A stretch of DNA of 63,077 nt, the filler included, from Reclinomonas americana ATCC 50394 (lineage: Eukaryota), in NCBI GenBank assembly GCA_048213135.1. It is 20 parts of 20 records of this genome, joined end to end, with 100 filler letters (N's around TTAATTAATTAA, not from the genome) between each part and the next. Parts side by side here need not be neighbours in the genome. Positions count along the whole stretch, not along the records: positions 11,418 to 14,693 come from AFZH01019110.1; positions 14,794 to 16,700 come from AFZH01019111.1; positions 16,801 to 18,637 come from AFZH01019112.1; positions 18,738 to 23,656 come from AFZH01019113.1; positions 23,757 to 27,168 come from AFZH01019115.1; 15 more parts are not named here. One strand, written 5' to 3'. The notes beneath the pieces were generated by a model that saw only the letters and a list, made by a program, of their open reading frames with translations, was not told the origin of the DNA and searched no databases. Below, piece by piece: positions 12,658-24,871 of the stretch. Position 1 is the stretch's first letter, and every line of letters begins with the position of its first letter. The position numbers and the translations under genes were made by a program.

Positions 12658-14551
12658 CCTAAGGGGAAGAATGAAAGCGAAAACAATCATGAGTCAGCGA
12701 TGGTGAAAGAGGAGGACAACGAGGAGGTAGAGGGGGGACGTAAAGAGAGAGACGGACTCTCCATAATCGTCGCCTCACTACACACGGAGAAGTAGCAGAC
12801 GAGCATGAAAGGGAAGAAGAACAAGAAGAGAACTCCATATTATCGCCGCACAGAAAGCAGATGTACAGCTCATCAGTCACACAAACACGCACAGAGAGAG
12901 TGCATGCAGCGGTGACGAAGAGCACAACGACGACATAAGTGCAAGAAAAGGAGAAGAACAAGAAGAAGGAGAAGAAGACGGCGGAGGAGGAGAAAGAGAG
13001 AAGGTAGTAGGAGGAGGAGAAGCCGGAGATGAAAGAGAAGGAGAACAAGAAGGAGAGGAAAACTGAGGACGAACAAGAGTTGTAGAAGAGGAAGAACGAG
13101 AAGACGAAGAAGAAAAACAAGAAGATGGTTAATTGAGGAGAAGAAAAGATGAGGACAAAGAAGAACAAGGAGGAGAAGAAGACGGCGGAGGAGGAGGAAG
13201 AGACAAAGAGAGAACGAGGACGACGAGGGAGATACGAGGCGGAGGAGGAGAAGGAGGAGAACAAGAACAAGAAGGAGAGGAGGAGGAGAAAGAGAACAAG
13301 AAGGAGAAGAAGACTGAGCAGGGGGGAGAGGAAGAGAACGAAGATGAAGAAGAAGAAGAAGGAGACGAAGACGGTCGAGGAAGAGACAAAGTGAGAGCGA
13401 GGACGACGAGGGAGATATGAGGAGGAGGAGAACAAGAAATGGATTGAGGAGGAGGAGGAGGAGGAGTGAGCAAGCGAGCTCAGCCTGTCTGAAGATGCAA
13501 ATATTCTCACTCGACATTGACCCGTGCATCAGTGAAACGCATCAGTGAACAAGCAACACACATACGCGCGGAAGACAACACACAAGACACATAGAGAGAG
13601 AAGAGAAAGAGAGAGCGTCAGTTTTCCGAGATATTCTCTCTGTTGTTGTTTTTGCGGGGCACCAATATACTCAATCAGCACGCTCAAATGCACACACAAA
13701 GAGACACGAGGCACGCGCATAATACGGAGAGAGCAATACTATAATGAGAGAGCGAGTGTGAGAGACAAGACAAAGAGAGAGAGCGCGCGTAAACAAAGTC
13801 CGAGTTACTCTCTTCTTTTGTTCTCTCATCAAAGTCGCTCACTTACCGCGCAGTGGAGGACTCAGTGACATCACTGTGTGTGTGAGAGAGTGAGAGTGAG
13901 AGTGAGTGAGAGAGAGTGGTGATCACGCGCACTCACACACTCACCATTAGCCAACGCCTGTTTCCCGCGCGCGCGCAAACGCACACATAAAGTCAGTCTC
14001 TTGCTTTCTCTCTCTCACACACATAGTGTGTCTCACTCAAAGTACGAACTTGGCGAGGAGGAGGAGCTGCGGAAGTCGACGTCGACTGTGTCTCGTGTCC
14101 GCTGTGGCGTGTGGGCGGTGGAGGCGGAGATGGGGAGGGAGATGTGCGCTTGGCCAGCGCGGGTGGTGCAGCGGAGGTTGCCGTCGCTTTCATTCTGTGG
14201 GTGACTTGAAAGAAAGGGACGTCGGCGTCCCGCGTCCTGTTACGGAAACGGTTCGTTGCGTGGTAACGGTTTCTGCAGAGAGGGAGAGGAAGGGAGAGAT
14301 GAAGGAAGGGGGAGAGAAATGGCACAGAGAAGGGGAGAAAGGAAGAAAGAAAGGAAACCGAAAAAAGAAAGAAAAAAGAGAACAAGGAGAGAGACACTGA
14401 TGGGGAGAACGGCCGAGAGGAGGAAGACAGAGAGAAGAAAGAAGTGAAAAAGAAAAGAAAGAGAGAAAAATGTTGAGAGAGGAGGAAGGCAAAGAACAAG
14501 AAAACAGGCAAGAAAAAGCAAGGAAGAAATGAGCAATGAAAACGTTTATAT

Positions 14552-14592
<41 letters not shown>

Positions 14593-14793
14593 GAGAGAGA
14601 AGAAAGGTGTCGCGTAGGATGTGTGGTCGTTTGTCGCTATTAGTTAGGAAGTGGTAGAATAGTAAGTTGTTTTGTTTAGATAGAACAAAGCGTNNNNNNN
14701 NNNNNNNNNNNNNNNNNNNNNNNNNNNNNNNNNNNNNTTAATTAATTAANNNNNNNNNNNNNNNNNNNNNNNNNNNNNNNNNNNNNNNNNNNN

Positions 14794-14830
<37 letters not shown>

Positions 14831-14852
14831 GAGAGAGAGAAAAGGTGTGCCT

Positions 14853-14907
14853 AGGGATGTGTGGCGTTTGTCGCATTATTGGAATGGTGAATGAAGTGTT
14901 TTGTTTT
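14853..14907 (-). repeat. Fragment of dispersed repeat element
   Basis: agggatgtgtggcgtttgtcgcattattggaatggtgaatgaagtgttttgtttt is nearly the reverse complement of 32013-32070. Confidence 0.8.
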
Positions 14908-15426
14908 AGATAGACAAAGCGCAGAAACTGAAAAAAGAAACACGAGAAAGTGTGAAGAGAGAGAGAGAGAGGGCTGCCTTCCATCGGAAACTACGGATTT
15001 CTTCCTCACTGTGCACACATCAACACAAGCGTCAGTCACGGCAGCATGTTCGCCCTGCGAGCTTGGAACAAGTCGGAGGTTTTGCTCTTTCCGGATTTCC
15101 ACTGTTTGACTATCGCTCTCGTTTTTCACTTTCTTTCCTGTTGAGTGAACTTCCGTCATTGTGTTGACGCTGATCGTTCACTGTCGGTCCTTCCCCTTCT
15201 CCCTCCCTCTCGTCCCATTTCGAGATTTTCATTATATGTCAAGTCTCGTCATAAACACACCACCATCACTGCACAAACACACAGGCACAAAGAAAAGAAA
15301 GAAGAACGGCAAGGAAAAATGCACCACGCCCTGCCAAACTCACGACGAATAAGATAAACAACCCGAAGAGACCGAATCAACTATGCCACTGCTCCCTCTC
15401 CATACACAAGACAGCGGATCGCGTTA

Positions 15427-17353
15427 TTAGCGACCGTTGCCTTCGTCGTCAGACTCCACGTCCGGGTGCTCCGACACAATGTCACGCTCCACCGGCATCA
15501 GCATCCACACCATGCGGCGACTGGCCACATCGTCGGTGGTCTGACTCATGGTGCCGTGGCACTGGCAGTCAATGTGGCGCTTGGTGCGCTGTGTGACAAT
15601 CGGACCGCGGTAGGTGTCGTGCTTCTCCAGCAGCGATAGTGAGATGTGCTGTGGGGAGAAGGGGTGAGTGAGGGGAGGGTGGAAGAGATGGGGAAGGAGG
15701 AGAGGACTAAAATAAGGACACGAGTGCTAAACCACTAAGAGACGCAAGTGAGTGTGCAAGCGAGAAACAGAACAAAGAGGTGGATGCACGTACTTGGACG
15801 ACAGTGTCACTCATACAAACTTAGCTCCTCGCTCATTCGCGCCTTCGCTCAATCCTCATGCTGCTCTCACTCACTCCACTCACCGCTCGAATCAGCTCAA
15901 GACACTACACGATACGATCCTCAAAACCACGAAGAGATGCAAGTGTGCAAGAAAAAGGACAAAGAGGTTAATGCACGTCCTTGGACGACGGTGTCACTCA
16001 TGCAAGCGTAGTTCCTCACTGATTCGCTATTCCGTTCAATCCTCAATCCTCTCTCACGCTGTTCTCACTCACTCCACTCATCGTTCGAATCAATTCAAGA
16101 CACTGCACGATACGATCCTGAAACTCACATTCGACTCACTTCACCATTCACACAGTCACACCTTCAGAAGTCACACCGCGACAATTACACATACTCGTTC
16201 GTCCACATACTCCCTCGTACTTTATCGACACTGCGCAACAAGTCATCAATCTCAACTCTCTCTCTCTCTCTCGCTCTCTCTCTCTCTCTCACAACCTCAA
16301 TCCATTTATTCATTTTCTTCGACCCCCCTCTCTCTCTCTTCCACCACTTCCCCTCCTTCCCGCCCCGTTCCTTTCTTTCTTCTTCTCCTCGTTCAATTCC
16401 TCTTCCGCCTCTCAGTTTCTACCTCCATCCCTCCGATTCTTTCACTCCTCCTTCCCGATCCTCTCTGTCTCTCCGTTTCTCTCTCTCTCTCTCTCACACA
16501 AACATCTTCACTTCTATCTCCTCTTCTTTCCATTCCTTGCTTTCCCGTTCCCTCTCTCCTCCTCTCTCCCGCAGACACTCACTCACTTCTCTCTCCTTCT
16601 CCTCTCTCTTCCCTGTTCCCCCTTCCCCCTTGTCCCCCTTGCCCCGCCGTCCCCCCCCTCCCCTCGTCGACGTCTCGACCAACGCACCGACGAGGGTATG
16701 NNNNNNNNNNNNNNNNNNNNNNNNNNNNNNNNNNNNNNNNNNNNTTAATTAATTAANNNNNNNNNNNNNNNNNNNNNNNNNNNNNNNNNNNNNNNNNNNN
16801 CTTACTCTCTCTCTTCTCTCTCTCCTCTCCCTTCCCCTCCCTCCTCCTGTCCCCCCCGCCCCCCCCCCCCCCCCCCCCCCTCCTCTGCTTCACTCACATC
16901 CGAGTGCGCCAACACCGACTTTAGCGGCACGAAATCGGCAAACTGCACGCGCACAGGCGTGTTCCCAGCGGCCGGATCAAACGGATACGGCAGCTCGAGG
17001 AGGTCAGCAAAGGCGCGATTGTAGGATTGGAAGCACCCGAATGCGTCGGTGATTACGTAGCCGACTTTGGAGGAGTGGTACACAAAGACGGCCGCCTGCA
17101 GCAAACTCACCAGTGAGCTTGGCGGCAAAAGGAGACGAGGGTGACAAAAATCAACGCAACATCCCGCTCAAACTGCGTTGTCTCCGCGTAGGCTTGCCGA
17201 ACAGAGGCCTCCCACGTCGGCAGCTTGCGTACGCGGGTGTGGCGGAGAATGTCGTTTTGCTGCATGCGGGCGCAAAGGCAAAGAATGAGTGATAGGCACG
17301 GAAGGGATAGAGAGCGCAAAAGTGAGAGAGACGAGACACGCACACACACACAC

Positions 17354-17395
<42 letters not shown>

Positions 17396-19372
17396 AGAGA
17401 GAGCATGCTAAGACCGAAAAGAGCAAGTCAGAGTGTTGCAGGAGCAATCCTGACAAATGCACAGAGAAGAGTGAGCCAGCCGCAAGACAGACCAACAACG
17501 GGCCGACACGTACGCAGGAAGAGTTAGAAAATGAGAAAGAGAGAATAGATAGAGGACAAGAGAGAGATAAACACAGACCCGAACAGTATGACACACAAAA
17601 TAAAGAAGCCAGCGAACGGACAACGAAGAAATGAGCAAGTGAAAAGTTGCTGGAGCAATTCTGACAAATTCACAGAGAAAAGAGAGCCAGCCGCAAGACG
17701 GACCGACACACACCAAGGGAGAGAAAGAGAGAGACAAGATAAAGAAGACGAGAGAGAGAAACAAAGACAGGAAAAGTCTAACACGCACAGAAAAAAGAAA
17801 GTCGAGCGAGACAGAGAGCATGGGAGACGAACAAACAACAGACTTGACGACATGAAGAAACATTGAATAACAGAGATACGTGTAAATCATCAGCCAGGCC
17901 GAGGGAGGGAAGAGAGAATATAACACACAGCCAGCCAGCAACACAGTACGATCAATTGGGAGAACACAGCATGCCTGACTGAGCCAGACAACCAGAAGGG
18001 AGACTCCCGTGCGCAGAGAGAGAGAGAGAGAGAGCACGTTACACGCGCGCCACTGTTATCAGGTGATGATCGAGAAGCACAATGTCGTGGATGCTCAAGT
18101 TCCCTGCTCCCTTCCCTATTCGTCCCCTTCCCCCTCCCCCTCCCCCTCCCCCTCTCGTACCTTGTCAATGCACAGCCGCTCCAACGCCTGCACATGCAGC
18201 CGATTGATATCGGTCGGATCACGACGATACGCTCGATGACACTTGTCCAGCTCCAGCATGCACGTGCGGAACTCACTGCCGACACGCAAAGCGTGAGACT
18301 TGCAGCAGGATCACTCCCCCCATCATCTTTCCCTCAAAACGCAACACAAATCGCTCCATCAGCGCATCACGTTCCTCCTGCGTGAGATCCTGCACCCACG
18401 TGTACTTGAACCCCTCCCTTCCGCGCATGCCTCCACCCGAGCTAGTCGAACTCGGTGTCGAGGCTGAGACATTCGCGTCGGCGGTGGCAGCGGCAGTCGC
18501 TTCGGCGGCTCCATTGGCACCACCTCGGCGACCCTCTTCCTTGACGGCGGCGGCGGCCGCAGCGGCGGCGGCACGCGCATTGCCAGCAGTCGCCGCAGTC
18601 GCCGCCGACATGGACGAGGACGATGCACCACCACTGCNNNNNNNNNNNNNNNNNNNNNNNNNNNNNNNNNNNNNNNNNNNNTTAATTAATTAANNNNNNN
18701 NNNNNNNNNNNNNNNNNNNNNNNNNNNNNNNNNNNNNAGAAGGGGAAAAGGGTGAAGGGGAAAAAAGGGAAATGGGATGGGAACGGGAAGGGAGGAAACG
18801 TGACAGGGAGCGAGAAAAAAGAATGGGAGGACACGAAAGGAAGGGAGAAAGGCAGAATGGGACGAATGGAGACAGGGAGAGAGAGATAGAAAAAAGGGGA
18901 ACAAAGGGGAGCGTGAGAGTGAGAGTGAGAGAGAGAAACTGGATTGGGAACGGGAAGGGAGGAAACGTGACAGGGAGCGAGAAAAAAGAATGGGAGGACA
19001 TGGAGACAGAGAGAGAGAGAGAAAGAGAAGGGGATTGGGAGCGGGAAGGAAGGAAAGGCGACAGAGGGTGTGAAAGAAGAATGAGAGGACATGGAGGAAT
19101 TGAGGAAGGTGGATGACTGGGGACTCGGAGGAGAGAGGGTGGGAGAGAGAGGGAGAGAAAAGGGGTTGGGAACTGGAAGGGAGGAAACGTGACAGGGAGC
19201 AAGAAAGGAATAGGATGAATAAAGAGAGAGAAAAGGGATTGGGAGCGGGAAGGGAGGGCATGTGACAGGGAGAGAGAAAAGAAGAACGGAGGATATGGAT
19301 GAGCGGAGAAAGGTAGAATGGGAGGTATCATGGGATGAACAGAGACAGGAAGGGAGAAATAATGAAGGGCGA

Positions 19373-19403
<31 letters not shown>

Positions 19404-22400
19404 TGAGAGAGATGAGCTGCGTGCAGCAATCAAAAAGGAGGCGAAGAAAGAGAAACGAGAGCTGGGTGTCGTGGAGAACATCGCTGTCTCCATTTTACAG
19501 CGTCCCCGAAAGAAAAGGCCAAAAGGGTGTTGAAACGAGAGAGCACTGGCACAAGGAATGCGAAGCGAGGCTGAAGATGGGAAAGGCGTTGCACTTGAGA
19601 CAGGAGTGGATTAGGCGGCGAATTCTCTTGTAACAGGAAACGCAAAACACTCCACGTTATCATGAGAGTGCGATGTAGCACATGGCAAAGAGGAACTGTC
19701 CTCAGATCAGCACACTCTTTCCAGAGCACACACGAACAATGAGCACAAACACACGAGAGAGAGAGAGAGAGAGAGAGAGCGCGCTCTCTACGCTCGTAAG
19801 CAGAGACAATTCGCGCACACTTGCAGACCCTCGCTCGAGGAAAAGGGCTCTCATTTCCTTCCCCTCCCACCCCTTCCCCTTTTCCATCCCTTCCGCTCCA
19901 CCACTCACCAGCCTGAATCTGCAGTATATTCGCCAGCGGGTGCGGCTGTGAATTCTGCTGGTGCGGACCCGCCGGCACTGTCAACATCGACGGCCCTCCG
20001 TTGCCCATGACAAACGGCGGGTGTTGCTGCAACGATGACGAGTACCGACTTGAGCCTCCTCCGCCAGGATACAGCCGCTGTTGTTGTTGCTGCTGCTGTT
20101 GTTGTGAAGGATACGGCAACTGCGGGGAAAGCATCGGCTGCATCATTGATCGCTGCTGCTGCTGCTGCTGTTGTGGCGGCTGATGTTGTTGCGGCGCATA
20201 TGATTGTGAAGCGGAGTAGTGCGCATAGTGCATTGCTCCACCTGCTCCTCCTCCTGCAACCGTAGGCGAGTCCATGTTGTCGTCGCCACTCGGCACGCAG
20301 TGAAGTCCCATGCGCAGGCATCGGGGGCACGGGCGAACGTCGGCGCAGGCGACGTGAGAGCGCTGTGTGTGTGGAAGGGCAAGCGTTGGTGAAAGAGGGA
20401 AAGAGAAAAAAGGAGAAGGAGAAGAACGAAAGGCGAGCATTCTGCCATCTCTCGCGAGGGTGTGTGGTGTCAGAGTGGACGGGCAAAGGAGAAGAGAGAC
20501 GGGAGGCAAAGGAGAGGAAAGACAGGCATTCGTCGCAGCGGAGGAGCAATGACGAGGAGGGACGTTGAGGTGGCAGAGGAGAGAATGGTGCTGGAGGCTT
20601 CGGATTCGGCGCATCTGCAGCCACCTGTCTACCCGACACTGCTTCTCCCACTGAGTTCCTATGTGCACGCGAGTCTGTGGTGTCAGAGTGCAGGGGCAAA
20701 CAAGAAGAAAAGGAGTGAGAGAAGGAGACGGATCAGCTGCAAAAAGGCAACTGATTCGGCTCGCAAGCAGACGCCTGTCTCTGCATCCCTGTTTCTCCCA
20801 CTGAGTTCCTATGTGCACGAGAGTCTGTGCAGGAGCGAAGAGGAGAGAAAGAGAAGGCGCAGCTGTGGAAGGCGACGGATTCGGCTCGACCACCTGTCCC
20901 CACTTTTCACAAAGTGCCTTTGTGCATGCGACTCTGAGGCTGGTCTTAGAGTGAAGCAAGAGATAAAGAGGGAGACTGAGAAGTACTGTTGCAGAAGGCG
21001 ACGGATTCGGCTCGACTGGTGACGCCTGTCTTTCATTCTCTGCCTCTGTCTTATTGAGTGCCTACGTGCAAGCGGGTCAGTGGCTGGTCTCAGAGTGAAG
21101 GGGGAAGAGGAAGAGATAAAGAGGGAGACTGAGAGGTACTGTTGCAGAAGGCGACGGATTCGGCTCGTATGTTGGCGCCTGTCTCTACGTCTCTGCTTCT
21201 CCTATTTGCAAGTGAGTCTACGGTCTCAGGGTGCAAAGGCAGAGCACAAGGGAGAAAAAGAGTGAGAGAGAAAAAAAAAGGGCAGCGACGTATTCGGCTC
21301 GCATGCTGACGCCTGTCTTCCGTTCCTGCCATTCTCTCACTTGTCTGTCGAGTCTGTGGCTGGTCTCAGAGTGAAGCAAGAGATAAAGAGGGAGACTGAG
21401 AAGTACTGTTGCAGAAGGCGACGGATTTGCCTCGCCTGTTGAGCCTGTCTTTCATTCTCTGCTTCTGTCTTATTGAGTGCCTTCGTGTACGCGAGTCTGT
21501 GGCTGGTCTCAGAGCGAAGGAGAAAGAGATATAATGGAGTAAGGAAATGAGAAGGATTGGCGACGAATTCGGCGCGCTTTCTGACACAGGCTCCTCCTGT
21601 CTTTCCCACTTCGAGTCACTATGAATGTGAGCATGTGGAGGTGGTGGGTGTGGAGGGTCAAAGGCAAGAGTGAGAGGGCTGACAGGAAGCAGACAGAGGT
21701 TGCAGATGTCGGATTTGGTCTCTCTATCTTTCTATTTCTCTCTCTCACTGCGAGTGTCTCTGTATGCATCAGTGTGCACACGAATGCGCAAGGATAGTAG
21801 AGAGTGAGAGAGAAAGAGGGAGCGCGGGAGATAAGTTGCAGAAGGCAAATGATTACTATCTGACACGCGCTCTCCTCTTTTTCTCTGGTCACTGAACATA
21901 TGAGTGAGCACATGAGAGCGCAAGTGCACAAGAGAAGGAAAGAGAGAAAAAGAGGATACGCGAGACAGAGAGAGAGGGAGACAAAAAAGGATAAGTTGCA
22001 GAAGGCGATTGATTACAATCTGACACAGGCTCCTCTCCTTCTCTCGCCTCTGAACATCAGAGTGAGCATATGAGAGCGCAATTGCACCAGAGAGAGAGAG
22101 AGAGAAAGAGGAACCGCAAGACAGAGACAGAGAGAGGAGGATAAGGTGCAGTAAGTGACGGATTAGGCGCGCTTTTCTGCTCTCTCTCTCCACTTCCTCT
22201 CTCTATCAAAACATGAGAGTGTGAGTGTGCGTGACTGTGTGCGTGTATGTGAGAGAGAGACAGAGTGAGAGAGAGACAGAGTGAGAGAGAGACAGAGTGA
22301 GAGAGAGTGTGAATTGAAAGGCGGGATCTTTGCGGTAGGCGACGGATAAGCAAAGGAATGTCGTCTGCTCTCTCTCTCTCTCACACACACGCACACTCAC

Positions 22401-22827
22401 TCTCTCTCTCTCTCACTCTCTGACACTCAAACTTCGTGCGCAATGCAGACGACAAACGTGCGCAACACACACTTCCTCTCCTCACACGCTCCCTCTCTCC
22501 CTCCTCTCCCTCCTCTCTCTCACTCTCTCCCTCCTCACTCTCTCTCTCACACACACACCTCCCTCCTTTGTCCTCTCTCTCTCTCTCTCCGCCACTCACC
22601 CGACAATTCGCACACGCCTTGAACGGCTGCTTCCTCCTCTTCCGCGCAGGCTCCACTGCTGCACTCACACCTCCTCCTGCAGCAACTGATGCACCACTGC
22701 CTCCACCACTCACAGCAAACAACGCCTCCTCTTCCTCCTCCTCTGCTGCTGCTGCTGCATCAGCTGCAGACAGAGAAGAAGACGAGGAGTGATGCTCAAT
22801 AAGTTGCTCGTGTGTGCGTTTCATCAC
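15427..22827 (-). CDS. Zn(II)2Cys6 binuclear-cluster transcription factor with C-terminal PAS-like domain (Ert1/Rds2/AcuK-like architecture)
   Basis: Exon 22600-22827 (..RKRRKQPFKACANCR) plus exon 19909-20362 (RSHVACADVRPCPRCLRMGLHC, then Q-rich) gives C-x2-C-x6-C-x5-C-x2-C-x6-C. Further exons at about 18346-18637, 18160-18274, 17161-17259, 16898-17096 (GYVITDAFGCFQSYNRAFADLL) and 15427-15648 (stop). Confidence 0.88.
20590..21520. repeat. Degenerate intronic minisatellite (roughly 130-150 bp units)
   Basis: Recurrent core gaaggcgacggattcggctcg...gacgcctgtct near 20870, 20995, 21145, 21285 and 21415. Confidence 0.8.
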
Positions 22828-23079
22828 AAGCTCGCGTGCTTGTGCTCATTAATCAGAAAGTGTGTGTCGGATTGTTGTCGTGTGTGCGCGCGCGCGAGCC
22901 CGACGGAGCTTGTCACGCGTGTCGCGCTCTTTTGGCGTTTTTGGCGCGAGTTTTCATTTGTGTGCGAGGTTCCTCGTCGGGTGTTCGGTTTCAATGCATG
23001 TCAGAAGTACATTTTCGACTGGGTCTGCGTGGTGGTGAAGGTGTATGGCGTGCGGAAGCAGGCGCGAGGAGGAAACGAT

Positions 23080-23420
23080 CCACTCCGGTGTCGATCCGCT
23101 TCAAAAAAACTGCAATTCGAGTTTTGATTGATGTTTCGAAGACGGTTCGCGCGCATGGTGGAGCTCAAGGTGTGAAGGCTCTGTCACATACTACTCGATT
23201 GTTCATCATGATGCGTGCTCCGATGTCAATCCGCATCAAAACAACTGCAGTTCGAGTTTTGAATAATCTTCCGATGCGCGCGGCTCGCTCAAGATCTGTT
23301 GGAAGAGTGCATGAGCTCAAGGTGTCATCTACTACTCGTCTCCTCATCATGATGCGTACTCCGACGTCGATCCGCATCAATACAACTGCAATTCGAGTTC
23401 AGAATAATCTTCCGAGACGT
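23080..23420. repeat. Three degenerate tandem copies (about 140 bp) upstream of the Zn2Cys6 gene
   Basis: ctccg.tgtc.atccgc.tcaa.a.aactgca.ttcgagtt at about 23083, 23218 and 23359. Confidence 0.8.
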
Positions 23421-24831
23421 GCGGGCTCGCTGCGCGCCAGGTCGTTGGAAGAGTGCGAGTCGAGGCGACACAAACATAGCTGCACGACTTACCTATTCCC
23501 AGCTTTCCTTGTCTTGCATCTGCGCAGTACATAAGAGAAGCGACGCAACAAGAGAGCGACTTAAGGATCAAGACGGAGCAAAAATACAGTCGACAGGAGC
23601 GCAACAAAAGGACGCACTTCTCCCTCATCCCCCTTCTCCTCCTTCCCCCTACCTCANNNNNNNNNNNNNNNNNNNNNNNNNNNNNNNNNNNNNNNNNNNN
23701 TTAATTAATTAANNNNNNNNNNNNNNNNNNNNNNNNNNNNNNNNNNNNNNNNNNNNAGTGAGTGAGAGGAACGAGAAAAGGCCTAGCAAGCAGTAAGACT
23801 TGACGCGCAAGTGCGTGGTTTCGAAAACGATGCTCACCGACGAGAATGTACTGCGCGGAGGGAAACCATGAGCATAATGACCAGCAAGGTGCACGGAAAT
23901 GAATCAAGACGCAACGGCCTGTTATCGAGCATTGGAAAGAGCGCGAGGAGAGAACGCAGGTGAGTATAACGTAGAGCAGCCAGAACGTGTTTGGCAGAAG
24001 TACTCACGCACTGCACGAAACAGAGCAGTTAGTAACGCGGATGCACGACGACATCCAGCAACATCAACGCAACAGCACGGCCACCGCTGGAAGATTCGAA
24101 GGGAAGAGAAGATGCGTGTTAGAGAGGAAGACCCGATCACGTAGCACTGAAATGAGGAGCTCACCGGAACGCCCTGTAAGAAAAAGAGGAGTGAGAGGTG
24201 AATTCTCGGCGCACAGCAAGGATGTGACAAGCAAACGCAACATGAATGTGATGCGTGTCCTGCAGTCACGACCCGGGAAAAACAGTGAGCGGCAACGCTT
24301 AGAGAAAGATGCGAGCAGGCAGAGACGCACCGGATCCACGGCCATCGCATTTCAGCCATGAAGAAGAAGGCACCGCTGCGGATGCGAAGAGTGAGACGCA
24401 AGGCGAGAGGCAGGAGGAGAGCGGAGGTTACGCAACAACAAGATGGCGTAGATGGCCTGCAGCAATGCCGAGAACATGAACAGTTAGTGGTGTGTGGAGT
24501 CAAAGGAGAGCGGCACTGGTCGATCCATGACGCAACGATGACGATCTGCGAGGGAGGGGAGTGAGTCAACAGAGATATCAGGACGGGGAACGAAAGAAAA
24601 GGATAAAACACAAGACTAAAATCGTGAACCGATCGGTGATAGAATGACTGAATGCTCTCACAAGAGGGGGAGGCGACAGAGAACCACATCAATGGAAAAT
24701 CAAGCGCAAGATACGCAGAATGTTTCTCACTCGAGTAGCAATGGCGCGGGGAGACATAAGGGCTTCAACGTGCGAACAAAAATAAGAATCCTCCCAAGAA
24801 GCAAACACGGAAAGAGGACAGCGCGCGCGCG

Positions 24832-24871
<40 letters not shown>

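Noticed and set aside
14560..14925. Apparent direct duplication across a gap (also 45900-46165)
   Set aside because: The same sequence sits on both contig ends, with errors near the gap; overlapping contig ends rather than a real repeat, although the second case lies in a repeat-rich intron.
20860..21450. CRISPR-like repeat-spacer pattern
   Set aside because: The spacers are homologous to each other, the region is a eukaryotic intron, and there are no cas genes.
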